From an uncultured Gammaproteobacteria bacterium (GTDB taxonomy: Bacteria > Patescibacteriota > Microgenomatia > Levybacterales > UBA12049): a stretch of 64,000 bases of DNA. The position numbers were made by a program, and so were the translations under genes. Below, piece after piece: positions 1 to 9,874 of the stretch (position 1 is its first letter; every line of letters starts with the position of its first letter). The notes under the pieces were generated by a model. That model had not been told where the DNA came from and did not search any database. It saw only the letters and a list, made by a program, of their open reading frames with translations. The stretch lies in contig CAZKJM010000001.1 of NCBI GenBank assembly GCA_964553245.1, positions 447,555 through 511,554 of the forward strand, read 5' to 3'.

Positions 1-1952
1 TAGCAAGTTGAGTTAACAGTATTTGTTCCATCTACACAGTTTTCGAAACAATAATCAGCGCCATTGCTTTCTGTCCATATCCACCAACCCAAAATTCCAA
101 TATCTACGCCAAGTTTTTCGGAGGCAATAACAGCCTGAGGCATTACTTGTTTCCATCTTTTTAAAATTTCTTCATCAAATATTTTGGGGTTTGGATTATT
201 GGGTGCTGGAAATCCGTATGACTCGAATTTTTTTTGATCAAAACTAGCGCTTGTTGTTTGTCCAGATATTGAACTTGATTGGTTTGCGTTTGATTCCAGC
301 GTCCATTTTACTGTTTTAGTAAGAGATGTGTTTGTTGTTTGGTTTCCGTTTGCGTCAAAAAGAGTTGGGTTGTTGTCTGCGCTTACAAACTCCGCATTAT
401 CGGGGATAGGATCGGTTATAGTTATTTGACTGGGGTTTCCGGAATAAGAAACATTAATTGTAAAGGTTATATCTGAATCAGCAGAGCCAGCAATTGGATT
501 TGGGACACTTTCCTTATTTACTGTTTTAGAAATGTTTACAACAGGATTTCCTCCTATACCAAGCCTTGATTGATAATCCCCAGCACCGAATATAAGAAGA
601 ATTAAGACTAATATAATTATAAAAATTATTACAGCAAGAATAACCCACCCGACAGGATTGCTTCCTAGCGCTACAGCTCCTCCTGTTCCCGCGGCTGCTG
701 TTCCGGCTCCGGCAGCTCCAGCAGCGCTGCCAGCCGCGCCTCCGCCACCAAGAAGAGATCCAAAGATTGATCCTCCGGCTTGCCCTAAAAATCCTCTCCC
801 GGCACTTCCAAACAATTGTCCTCCTAATCTAGGACCAGATTTAAATATAGATTTGCCTTTGTTAAAAAGACTATTTGCTCTATCTATGTAATTTTTGGGT
901 TGTTTAATTGAGGGGAGTCTAAAATTACCAAGTGTTTCATGATCTTCATTATTTGTCGTAGTCGTAGTGGGTGTAAAGGTGGTTGGGGCAAAATACTCAT
1001 TTTGCCTTGCCGAAGAAGAATTGCCGGATGAAGATATGTGCTCACTTAATCTAATTGAAAAACATTGAATAAAAAAAGAAGTTACTTGCTCTCTTGTTTT
1101 TATTGATCCTTTATCCCATTGACGACTCATGGGCTTTTTTAATTTTAAAAATTTTCTCCTTTCTCTTGCGCTTTGGAGTTTTTTTGCCTGTTCAATTTTT
1201 TTTAAGGTTTCGGTTAGAGCAATTGAAACCACATCTCTCTTTGGATCTTGGGCTGGAGCATTTTTTATTGCTTCAATTGCCCTCGCTTTTTCTAAAAGAT
1301 CTGACTTTTCTTTTAAAAATGCTTCGTCTACAGCAAAACGGAAATCGTGATCTTCTTTAATTTGCGCTTCGGTTTTGCCGGCATGCTTTATGCACCATTC
1401 GTCAAACACTTTTTTTTCTGTTCTTCGATATTCCTCTTGCCTTTCTTTTGGGTCCCCAGAGGTCGTGTAGTCTTCTACAACAGTTCTTTTTACAACTTTT
1501 GTAAATAGATCAGGGGCAACAGTTTTTTTTAATCTGACGTTGTATAAAAGCTCTTTTTCTAATTTTTTTATTGATTCATTAAAAAGTTCATCTTTTGTTA
1601 ATTCTTTTTTTTGTTTGCCAAAATAAACGGCGTTTTCCTTTTTGTCTTTTTTTTGCGTCAGATCGCTTGTTTTTTTGTCTTCTGTATCGCTTACCTCCAC
1701 ATGATTTGGGTTTAGGAGAACATTTTCTATGTCCGATCGGAATTTTTCGTATTCAGGATAATCAACCAAGAGCTTAAAAAGGCTATCGTGCGCTCTTTTT
1801 AAACTGTCAGGGGTTCCGAGTGAAGCGTATTTCATTATTAAACTAAATCCATCCCTTGCGGCTTGACCCTTTTCATCTTGTGGCAATGTACTTATGAATT
1901 GCTCAATCCTTTTTTGAACAAATTCCTTTGTTTGACTGTCTTGGTTACTCAT
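1..1952 (-). CDS. Partial (runs off the window start) membrane-anchored T4SS-locus protein: charged N-terminus, Gly/Ala linker, TM helix, DUF11/Ig-like domain, possible lytic transglycosylase-like domain
   Basis: Not in the ORF track. Manually translated open frame from ATG 1952 (ATGA overlap with the VirB4 stop) to base 3: MSNQDSQTKEF...GGAAGSAAGAAGAG...NPVGWVILAVIIFIIILVLILLIFG...ISKTVNK...ITITDPIPDNAEFVSA...ASEKLGVDIGILGWWIWTESNG. Confidence 0.8.
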   Translation of the reverse strand, partial: MSNQDSQTKEFVQKRIEQFISTLPQDEKGQAARDGFSLIMKYASLGTPDSLKRAHDSLFKLLVDYPEYEKFRSDIENVLLNPNHVEVSDTEDKKTSDLTQKKDKKENAVYFGKQKKELTKDELFNESIKKLEKELLYNVRLKKTVAPDLFTKVVKRTVVEDYTTSGDPKERQEEYRRTEKKVFDEWCIKHAGKTEAQIKEDHDFRFAVDEAFLKEKSDLLEKARAIEAIKNAPAQDPKRDVVSIALTETLKKIEQAKKLQSARERRKFLKLKKPMSRQWDKGSIKTREQVTSFFIQCFSIRLSEHISSSGNSSSARQNEYFAPTTFTPTTTTTNNEDHETLGNFRLPSIKQPKNYIDRANSLFNKGKSIFKSGPRLGGQLFGSAGRGFLGQAGGSIFGSLLGGGGAAGSAAGAAGAGTAAAGTGGAVALGSNPVGWVILAVIIFIIILVLILLIFGAGDYQSRLGIGGNPVVNISKTVNKESVPNPIAGSADSDITFTINVSYSGNPSQITITDPIPDNAEFVSADNNPTLFDANGNQTTNTSLTKTVKWTLESNANQSSSISGQTTSASFDQKKFESYGFPAPNNPNPKIFDEEILKRWKQVMPQAVIASEKLGVDIGILGWWIWTESNGADYCFENCVDGTNTVNSTC

Positions 1953-3877
1953 AGATTAGTTGGCGTGGTTGGGTTTCCTGTCTGTATTGGTTGTTGATCA
2001 GGAGTTATTTCCGGATTTAATTGTTGGGGAGTTTTGGCAAGCGGTGCTTCATCCGTTGGTTTTTCGCTTGATTCCGTTTCTGCCTGTTTTTGCATTTTTT
2101 CAAGCTCTTGAGGATTAGATGTAATTAGCGTGTGCTCAAAAGGAGCAGCAATTACTTTTATAGCAACGTGACTTTGTCCTGCAAAAAATAATCCTTCACC
2201 GATGTCTGCGGAAAGCAACAACTCCTTTTCTCCTTGAGAAAGATAAAATATTTGAGCAATATGGTCAATTTCGGTAGTGCTTTGCTTTAAAAGCACTTGA
2301 ATTGATGAATTGGATAAAACAGCTTTCCCGTAGTCTGTTGATAAAAAGTCCTGAACATCCTGCGTTGCTGTGGTAAGCGCAAGATAATATTTTCTTGATC
2401 TTTTGGCTATTCCATAAACAAACGAAGCTGAATCCTGATATTTCATTATGTACCAAGCTTCATCTAAGATAAGCAATCTCTTTTTAAGATTCTTTTTAAC
2501 TTTTGTCCAAACAAAGTCCAAAATTATATGCATTGCAACCGGTCTTAATTCTTCCTCCAGGGTTTTAATATTAAATACGGTAAAAGGATTCTTTATGTCA
2601 AAGTTAGATTGTTGATTAAATATGCCATTTAAGCTTCCTTTAATGAATTTTTCAAGTCTTAAGGCAAGTTCTCTTGCGGCAGGATCTTCCATTCCCAAAA
2701 GTACTTTGTATAAGTCCTCCATAAGTGGAGGTTGTTTTTTTTGAGTTGAAGGATCTGCGGTAATTCCTTTTTGTCTGTATGTTTCTACCAGAGCTCTATC
2801 AAGTATCGCGTCGTGGGCAGGATCAAGATTGCCCATAATTATTCTTAGCAAGCCGTGAAGAGATAATATTTTTAAGCCGAGTTCGTTTTCCCCTTCTTCG
2901 TAAAGACCAGAAAGATCAAAAGGATTAATTTTTACCGGCTCAGACGGAGTAAAAGAAACATGCTCCCCTCCTAATGTTTTTGTCAGCGCTTCGTATTCTC
3001 CTTCCGGATCAATAATTATTACTTCTGTGCCAAACATAAATTGTCGCATCGCTTCAAGCTTAATAAGATATGATTTTCCGGAACCTGATTTACCAAAAAC
3101 TACTTCATTTGCATTTTCCAGTGTGTATCGATCAAAAATAACTAGTGAACCGTTTTGTTCGTTGATGCCATACATTACTCCGCGATCCTGCGTTAAAGTA
3201 GCAGAGGTAAACGGAAAGGTAGAAGCAAGAGAAGTTGTGTCCATGTTTCTGGTTATGAATAATCTGTCTTGACCAATTGGAATTGTTGACTTAAACCCGT
3301 CTTCCATCTGAAGGGTAGCGGTTTTAGTAATCATCATAATGGAATTAAGTATTGAGTTTAGTCTTTTTGATGCTTCGCTAAGATCATCAAGATTATCCGA
3401 AGATAAAGTTATATACAAACTGAACTGGAAAAATCTTTCAACTCCTTTTGCAAGTTGCTCTTGTATTTCCAGTGCGTCATCAAGTGCTGCTCTTACTTTT
3501 GGATCAACAACTTTTCCCTCCTCGATTTCGGAGGAAATAGTCGCTTCCATTTCGGCAATTTTTCTTCTTAAATCTGCCAGAACATCGGAGGCAGAGGTTG
3601 GGTAAATAAACATTGATACATTCATTGAATGGTCAAAGTCAATTAAAGGCTGTAGCCAGTTTGGAGAAACATAACGTGGGTATCCTACTACAAAAAACGT
3701 ACGATAGTATAAATCTCCAACGCGGATATATTTAAAATCTACTTCAACCGATGGGGGAGCAATTACATCAACTAAAGAAACCATTCCTTTTTCAAGCTTT
3801 TTAATACCGGGACCTTTTGTGTTTTGCTGAACAGGGATTATTGGTTGTTGTTTTGTTTTCTTGCCAAATATTTTCAT
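1949..3877 (-). CDS. virB4: VirB4-family type IV secretion ATPase
   Basis: Walker A GKSGSGKS, IIDPEGEY, Walker B LILDEAW, RSRKY..ATQ motif. Confidence 0.9.
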   Translation of the reverse strand: MKIFGKKTKQQPIIPVQQNTKGPGIKKLEKGMVSLVDVIAPPSVEVDFKYIRVGDLYYRTFFVVGYPRYVSPNWLQPLIDFDHSMNVSMFIYPTSASDVLADLRRKIAEMEATISSEIEEGKVVDPKVRAALDDALEIQEQLAKGVERFFQFSLYITLSSDNLDDLSEASKRLNSILNSIMMITKTATLQMEDGFKSTIPIGQDRLFITRNMDTTSLASTFPFTSATLTQDRGVMYGINEQNGSLVIFDRYTLENANEVVFGKSGSGKSYLIKLEAMRQFMFGTEVIIIDPEGEYEALTKTLGGEHVSFTPSEPVKINPFDLSGLYEEGENELGLKILSLHGLLRIIMGNLDPAHDAILDRALVETYRQKGITADPSTQKKQPPLMEDLYKVLLGMEDPAARELALRLEKFIKGSLNGIFNQQSNFDIKNPFTVFNIKTLEEELRPVAMHIILDFVWTKVKKNLKKRLLILDEAWYIMKYQDSASFVYGIAKRSRKYYLALTTATQDVQDFLSTDYGKAVLSNSSIQVLLKQSTTEIDHIAQIFYLSQGEKELLLSADIGEGLFFAGQSHVAIKVIAAPFEHTLITSNPQELEKMQKQAETESSEKPTDEAPLAKTPQQLNPEITPDQQPIQTGNPTTPTNL

Positions 3878-4542
3878 TTTTCTTCCTTTCTTACAATAGC
3901 TGTTTTTATATTTTCGGTTATCTGGTTTGTTTCGATATGGGCATCGTTATAAAGCTCGTAATAAAGTTTAACCAATTCCTCTTTTTCTAGCGTTTTTGCT
4001 CCAAGGCTAAGCCTTGCGAGTTGAGCGTGAATCGTATCAAGCTTTGTATGCAAAGATGCTTTTGCCTCTTCGATAAAAGAGTTTTTCCCCGACTGTTTTT
4101 TTACCGTTGCATTTGCAGCTACGGTTGCAGCTCCTTTTTCAAGATACGAATAGGGTATGCAGATATAAAAATTTTTGTCCAGCACGATATTTACTTTAAC
4201 CAATTCCTGCACAAAATCTCTATACAATTTAATTTGACTTGCTAGCATTTCGTTTTGGGTATTTTTGGCTTCGTTGTCTAATAGTTTTAAGTATGAGCTA
4301 ATATCTAGCTTTTTACTCCTAATAATAATTTCTATTGGAAAAGAAAGTGAGTTTAGAAGCGACGCGTAGGAATATATTTTTGTATTTTGCTCTTCAAGCG
4401 ATAAAAGCGCAAAATTTGTCGCTCTAACTTCAATAATAGAACAGGCACTATTTCCGGACAGAAGAACAATATCGTCAATAATATCAATAATTTCCGTAAA
4501 TTTTTGAGTTGTTGAGTGTATTTTTTGGGCAGAATCTTTCAT
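3874..4542 (-). CDS. VirB4-associated T4SS protein (TraC/VirB4 N-terminal-like)
   Basis: NFALLSLEEQ..IYSYASLLNSLSFPIEI motif; translationally coupled to virB4. Confidence 0.7.
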   Translation of the reverse strand: MKDSAQKIHSTTQKFTEIIDIIDDIVLLSGNSACSIIEVRATNFALLSLEEQNTKIYSYASLLNSLSFPIEIIIRSKKLDISSYLKLLDNEAKNTQNEMLASQIKLYRDFVQELVKVNIVLDKNFYICIPYSYLEKGAATVAANATVKKQSGKNSFIEEAKASLHTKLDTIHAQLARLSLGAKTLEKEELVKLYYELYNDAHIETNQITENIKTAIVRKEEK

Positions 4543-4545
4543 ATA

Positions 4546-5811
4546 TTAATTACCGAATAAACTTTTTCTTAATTCTTCTCGCTCATCAATAGAAATTACT
4601 TCAATCGGCAAGATTATTTCTCCGGTTGCCTGAAATTCAACAGAATCGAATCTATGTTTTTTTTCCGGATCCTCAAAGTCAATGGTGTATATGCCGTTGG
4701 ACAAAGGAGTTGCTGATGCAAATTGCCCAAGCGGGTTAGTCTTAAAAGCCCGGACTGGGTTTCCTTCCTCGTCTTTTACCTCAACTAAAATATTCGGTAG
4801 AGGATTGTTTCTTGAGTCTTTTATAATACCTGTTAAAACATTTGGAAAATCAGTAGAAATAGGAAGTCCTACGCTTTTGCCCATTTCTTTTGGAATGCTT
4901 CTAACATGTTTAGTTTGTTTTATTTGCGGCTCAGGGATCGCCATGCTTGGGGTGTAAACTTTTTTATTTTGTACCTCAAGTTTTTTTTGAAGTTCCAATA
5001 ATTGATTTTCTAATTGTTGTTTTTGAAGCATAGTTTCATTTAAGATCTTTTCAAGTTCAGTTACTTTTTGGTGCGCTGCCTCATACTCTTTGGATCCTGT
5101 TTTCTCCGAAACTTCTTTTTGCTTTGCTTCCTCAAGTTGTTTTTGAAGAATTACAGCTTCTTTCTGAAGCTCTTCTTCTTTTTCTTCCGGTTCTTCTTTA
5201 GCTTCTTTGGTTGGCATATCAACCGGTTTTGGTGGTTCCACTACAGTTTTTAAATTGTTTTTGCCAAAAATTGCAGCAAATGGATTAGGAAGAGAAAAAG
5301 AGCTGTCATCTTGCAGGGTCTTGGCTTGAATTATTGGGTTAGAAATATTATTCAAGGTTTGCAAAAATGATATTTCTTTTTCGTCCAATTTATTTTTAGG
5401 AGTTTTTGGTAGCGAGGATAAAAATGACTTGAGCTTTTCTTCCGAAATTGCGGGTTGAACAGGAGAGTGAGCCATTATTGCGCCTTGTTTTAATGTCCCA
5501 AACTCGGGAAAATAAAGATCTGCTCCGTTTTTTTGATAAACAAATTGAGTTGGGTTAAAAAGTGCCTTTGAAAAATTGCCAATCATTACATCCAATGGTC
5601 TTCCCTCTATTGGCAAAAAAGCAAAGCTTGCTCCGATTCCGGCTACTACAAGCGCAATCGGAAGTTTTATCAAAAGCAAAAACGGCATAGCAGTAATAAT
5701 CCAACCTAAAATTACGCCTGTTGCAAGATATGCAAACTGTTTGACAGTCATATTGCCGATTAGTTTAAACTGAAAGCCTGTTATATCTTGAGGAATAGGG
5801 TGATTTTCCAT
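4546..5811 (-). CDS. PrgI-family (VirB3-like) membrane protein with coiled coil and C-terminal Ig-like/carboxypeptidase-regulatory-like domain
   Basis: HPIPQDITGFQFKLIGNMTVKQF, two TM helices, GRPLD; C-terminal GIIKDSRNNPL..KTNPLGQF. Confidence 0.8.
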   Translation of the reverse strand: MENHPIPQDITGFQFKLIGNMTVKQFAYLATGVILGWIITAMPFLLLIKLPIALVVAGIGASFAFLPIEGRPLDVMIGNFSKALFNPTQFVYQKNGADLYFPEFGTLKQGAIMAHSPVQPAISEEKLKSFLSSLPKTPKNKLDEKEISFLQTLNNISNPIIQAKTLQDDSSFSLPNPFAAIFGKNNLKTVVEPPKPVDMPTKEAKEEPEEKEEELQKEAVILQKQLEEAKQKEVSEKTGSKEYEAAHQKVTELEKILNETMLQKQQLENQLLELQKKLEVQNKKVYTPSMAIPEPQIKQTKHVRSIPKEMGKSVGLPISTDFPNVLTGIIKDSRNNPLPNILVEVKDEEGNPVRAFKTNPLGQFASATPLSNGIYTIDFEDPEKKHRFDSVEFQATGEIILPIEVISIDEREELRKSLFGN

Positions 5812-5958
5812 ATAAAACTACTGTATAACGTGAAAAATTTGCTTTCAAGATTATCAAACTAGGTCAAACAACAATTAAAATGTATCTAAAAACCGTGAAA
5901 AATGCAATATAGAAAAACAATAATAATTTATGTAATTATTTCTTTTAGAAAAAGAGGA

Positions 5959-6342
5959 TTAGGAACAGTTATTAAACCCAAAATAATTAATACATTCGGC
6001 TCCTGTTATATAGGCGATAATTTTTATTATTAAAAAAGATAAAAAGATTACCAATAAGCCGATAATTGCATAGGTTAAAGTTTTTTTTGCTTGATCAATT
6101 TTCTTTTGATCTCCGCCTGATGTTATAAAGCTGATTCCGGATAAAATAACAAAAATTAAGGCAACACTTCCCGATAAAATCAAGAGCCAATTAACAACTT
6201 GACCAAATACAACCGGAAGGCATTGAAGAGTTGCAACTCCGTCTACCATACAGTTTGACCAAGAAGCTCCGCCTGAAGTTCCTCCTGTGGAGCCGGTTCC
6301 AGGATCAGCTTTGGCGATAAGGTTAATAAAAGTTGCCAACAT
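5959..6342 (-). CDS. VirB2/TrbC-like T4SS pilin
   Basis: Two TM helices around ITSGGDQKKIDQAKKTLTYAIIGL. Confidence 0.8.
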   Translation of the reverse strand: MLATFINLIAKADPGTGSTGGTSGGASWSNCMVDGVATLQCLPVVFGQVVNWLLILSGSVALIFVILSGISFITSGGDQKKIDQAKKTLTYAIIGLLVIFLSFLIIKIIAYITGAECINYFGFNNCS

Positions 6343-6386
6343 AAAGATAGATTAACAAAAGAAATATTAATTTACAATACGCTTTG

Positions 6387-6779
6387 TTATAAAGTCGGGA
6401 GTTCTAGATTATTGATGCTTGGGAGACCAAATACACTTAGTATAATGCTTATTATTAAGTAAGAAAGAAATACTACGATTAATCCAATAATAGCAGCTAC
6501 TATATGACTTCTTGCTGCTTCTACTTTTCCTTTATCTCCACCGGATGTGACCCATCTGATACCACCATATATTAAGTATCCAAGAGCAGCAACAATTGCT
6601 AATATAAATGCGGTATTAATTATTACACCGATTATTTTTCCAAAATCTCCAGCTTTAAGCTCGCATAGAGTTTGAGATATTCCTCCACCTTCGCAAAGAT
6701 TAATGGTCTCTGCAAACGCAAATGGAGCCAGTGTTAAATAGGTTGCTGCTGAGGTAATAATTCCTACAGTTTTTTTCAT
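6387..6779 (-). CDS. VirB2/TrbC-like T4SS pilin
   Basis: Signal peptide (AFA-E); YGGIRWVTSGGDKGKVEAARSHIVAAIIGL. Confidence 0.8.
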   Translation of the reverse strand: MKKTVGIITSAATYLTLAPFAFAETINLCEGGGISQTLCELKAGDFGKIIGVIINTAFILAIVAALGYLIYGGIRWVTSGGDKGKVEAARSHIVAAIIGLIVVFLSYLIISIILSVFGLPSINNLELPTL

Positions 6780-6824
6780 TTATAATTTAATGCTAGTATT
6801 AAATTCCTGTCTTGTCAAGTACTT

Positions 6825-7139
6825 TTATATAAAATTATTAATTCCGAATAGTCCTCCGATAATATTTACAATTAAATACGCTAATAAAACAACTACCAAC
6901 CCGGCTACGGCATAAAATAATTTTTTTCTTGCTGCTTGCAATTTTTGTTTATCGCCCTCTGATGTCATCCACTGAAATCCTCCGTAGATTAAAAAGCCTA
7001 AAGCCAGAATAATAGCAACTATATATAATATATTTACTCCGACACCGATAATTTTTTCAAGAGTACCTGCTCCACCGGTTGGAATTCCTTGTGGTCCTGT
7101 AATCTCTTGTCCTGCAATATTTAAAACGATCTCCTTCAT
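6825..7139 (-). CDS. VirB2/TrbC-like T4SS pilin
   Basis: YGGFQWMTSEGDKQKLQAARKKLFYAVAGL. Confidence 0.8.
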   Translation of the reverse strand: MKEIVLNIAGQEITGPQGIPTGGAGTLEKIIGVGVNILYIVAIILALGFLIYGGFQWMTSEGDKQKLQAARKKLFYAVAGLVVVLLAYLIVNIIGGLFGINNFI

Positions 7140-7142
7140 AAA

Positions 7143-8336
7143 TCAGCTGAATCCGGGTATTTTTAAAATATCAACACCAATTACCTGAAGTATAACAAGG
7201 GAAAAGATTATAAACAATAATCCAACAATAGCTGCTGTTAAAGACTCTTTTGCTCCCTGCATTTTTTCCGGGTTTCCTCTTGCCAAAATAATTTTGTAAC
7301 CAGATAGAATGATTAAGATTAATGCAATTCCCCCGGAAAGACTTAAAAGGACACCGAATAAAGATTTAATAAAAGACGCTGCATCTGTTCCTAATGTTAT
7401 TCCAAGCCCAGTATCTATGGATAAACATTTTCCGCCATCTCCCAACTCTGAACAATGCGCAGTAATCGGAGGAAGATTATCAAAAAGGTTATCAATAAAT
7501 ACTTTCCCCTCATTGCTTTCTTCTCCTAAAACATTTAGAACGATCCAGTCTTTATTATTGCCTTCAAAAACATATATAGTTTGATCTCCAATTGCCTTAT
7601 CTGGAACCTTAAGTTCTATTTTACATTCAGGCTCATCTAGACATTGCCTTAAATTGTCCGATCCGCCCTGGAACCTGTATTTATAAGTCCCGCTTTTGTT
7701 GTTATGGATTGTCAATGTAACTGTCTCTCCAGGATTTGCTTTTGAAGGATCGATTGACAACGTGAATGGAGCATTATGTTCTTGATCTAAATAAAAAGTT
7801 CTATAGGTCTCGACATGTTCTTTTTGTTTATTGGTTGCATAAAGTCTATAGACAGCGCCTCCTGTTCCAAAAATATCAAATTTTTCCACTTTAAATTGCG
7901 CTTTAATTTTCCAATTTTTCCCCCCATCATTACTAAAACAAGATTGTTGAACAAATGATGATCCTTGATGAGATAGGTCGCATGTTGAAGACTTTCTGTT
8001 AATTTTATACTCCAATTTCCATTCATGTTTTGAAGATTTAAAAACATTACTGGTTGATTCATTCTCTACCAAAATTAAGAGTTGATATTCTTCATCTGGT
8101 TTTGGCGCTGGTAATTGTCCCCCTCTTGAGTAATAAAGTGTTGTTTGAGTTTGAGCAGTGCTTACTTCTCCCCAAATAGCATCAGAAATATCTAGTTCAA
8201 CGTTTATAATGTCACCGTTTTTTACATTAGTTTTATCAATCGTTAGCGCAACTCCGCTTGCATGAACAGGGTTTTTAAAAAACAGGAAAAAAATTAAGAT
8301 TAAGATTGAAAATAGAATTCTTTTCAGGACAGGCAT
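7143..8336 (-). CDS. Large pilin: signal peptide, beta-rich extracellular region and C-terminal VirB2-like pilin domain
   Basis: C-terminal SGYKIILARGNPEKMQGAKESLTAAIVGL; N-terminal VHA cleavage site. Confidence 0.75.
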   Translation of the reverse strand: MPVLKRILFSILILIFFLFFKNPVHASGVALTIDKTNVKNGDIINVELDISDAIWGEVSTAQTQTTLYYSRGGQLPAPKPDEEYQLLILVENESTSNVFKSSKHEWKLEYKINRKSSTCDLSHQGSSFVQQSCFSNDGGKNWKIKAQFKVEKFDIFGTGGAVYRLYATNKQKEHVETYRTFYLDQEHNAPFTLSIDPSKANPGETVTLTIHNNKSGTYKYRFQGGSDNLRQCLDEPECKIELKVPDKAIGDQTIYVFEGNNKDWIVLNVLGEESNEGKVFIDNLFDNLPPITAHCSELGDGGKCLSIDTGLGITLGTDAASFIKSLFGVLLSLSGGIALILIILSGYKIILARGNPEKMQGAKESLTAAIVGLLFIIFSLVILQVIGVDILKIPGFS

Positions 8337-8374
8337 AATTAAATCGTAATTTAAAAAGTCTGTAAAAGCAAGTT

Positions 8375-9715
8375 TTAAGAAGTAAATTTAAGTCCCCGGC
8401 CTTTTACTGTTTGAAGATGCTTTGGATTATTTGGGTCATCTTCGATTTTTTTTCTGACCCGAAAAATAAGTTGATCCAAAGCCTGATCAGTTACTCCCGC
8501 TGTTGTTTGAGTATCCTTCCAAACAGCAGAAATTATTTCGTTTCTTTCTAAAATTTTTTCATGACTATCGATTAAAAATTTTAATAATCTAAATTCAAGA
8601 GTAGTGAGAGCATCGGATAAAACAATCTCACCTTTTTTAACTTGGTTTGTATTTTGATCGTAAATTATTTTATCCGAGGCGATTTTTATAAGCGCATTAT
8701 TTTTATCAAGAAACATTTCGAGTAGAGGAATTGAAATTTTCCCATTTTTTATTAAACCTATTTTTTCAAGTAGGTTAAGCTGTTCAAGATTAATCTTTTT
8801 AGCCATAGACTTTTGCTCAAACGGCGTTAAAAAACTCCAGATCTCAAAAAGACAGGCTTTAATTTGTTTTCTTTCTATTAAAAAATCAGCAATATTTTCT
8901 TTTGGAAAATCAGAGCTTGTTACAATTTCTGTAGCAAGTCTCGTAAGCTTACTGTGTCCTCCGGTAAGGCTAATTAATTTTTCAATTAATTCTTTTTTAA
9001 TTTTTTTACCCGAGACCTTTTCCAAATACGAAATTCTAAAATCCAGCCCGATTTTGTCTTTAATATTTAAATAGACAATTTTATCAGCAATAAATTCGTA
9101 AAACTGGTTTAATATTTCGGTAATTAAGGTTTCTTCAAGCGGTCTTGTCAGTGAAAATATTGAGGCAAAACGGTATTTAGCTTTATTTCTTAAAATTCTA
9201 AGATTTGCAAAAAACTCGCTTGAAATAACCGGGATGTACTCATCGAAACGATCAAATAAAAAAATAATCGACAATTTTTTTTCGATAGACAAGCAATCAA
9301 AAGCTTCTTTTAAACCCTGAAAAAGAACAAGTTCGTCGTTTAAGCTAAGATGTTCCTTAAAAATACGGTGAATTTCCCTATGTTCATTGATTAACTCTCT
9401 GTCTCTTAATGAATCGGCAAGAGACAAAAAAATATATTTATTTACGTCAAAAAGCGATCGGTTTTTAACCTCGGAAAAATTCATATAAACAAAATGAACA
9501 TTTTTTTGATTTTCTCCCAAATGCTTAACGCGGATTTTGTGATTATAGGCAAGCATCCTTAACAGATTTGATTTACCTGATCCAGGAAGACCAATTAATT
9601 GGCAGGAATTTCCCTCTTTTAGAAAATCTAAAATTTTCTGTATTTCTTCAAAACGGGAATCCTCAGGATAAAGGGATTCAAAATGAGTAAAACCATTATT
9701 GTTTGATTGTTTCAT
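8375..9715 (-). CDS. P-loop (AAA/STAND-like) ATPase fused to an OmpR/PhoB-type winged-helix DNA-binding domain
   Basis: GLPGSGKS, FLFDRFDE, TGGH; C-terminal LTTLEFRLL..ERNEII..VW..RVRKKIEDDPNNPKHLQTVKGRG. Start moved from 9793 to ATG 9715. Confidence 0.8.
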   Translation of the reverse strand: MKQSNNNGFTHFESLYPEDSRFEEIQKILDFLKEGNSCQLIGLPGSGKSNLLRMLAYNHKIRVKHLGENQKNVHFVYMNFSEVKNRSLFDVNKYIFLSLADSLRDRELINEHREIHRIFKEHLSLNDELVLFQGLKEAFDCLSIEKKLSIIFLFDRFDEYIPVISSEFFANLRILRNKAKYRFASIFSLTRPLEETLITEILNQFYEFIADKIVYLNIKDKIGLDFRISYLEKVSGKKIKKELIEKLISLTGGHSKLTRLATEIVTSSDFPKENIADFLIERKQIKACLFEIWSFLTPFEQKSMAKKINLEQLNLLEKIGLIKNGKISIPLLEMFLDKNNALIKIASDKIIYDQNTNQVKKGEIVLSDALTTLEFRLLKFLIDSHEKILERNEIISAVWKDTQTTAGVTDQALDQLIFRVRKKIEDDPNNPKHLQTVKGRGLKFTS

Positions 9716-9823
9716 TGCAACACTATGGTAATTGTAAGTTTTTTGTAAGGAAAATATCAAGTTTAATAAGTTCTTAAGGATTAAAATCGCCATAATATGA
9801 CAAAAGAATTTGAATTCCAGAAA

Positions 9824-9852
9824 TTGACAAGCGAAGTTAATTTTTCTACACT
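9824..9852 (+). promoter_or_regulatory. Sigma70-type promoter of the orphan gene
   Basis: TTGACA-17 bp-TACACT. Confidence 0.55.
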
Positions 9853-9874
9853 CAAAGGTAGAAAGGTTATTTTT

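Noticed and set aside
658-1777. Short + strand ORFs, including a Pro/Ala-rich 77-aa ORF
   Set aside because: They are antisense shadows of the long minus-strand ORF 1952->1
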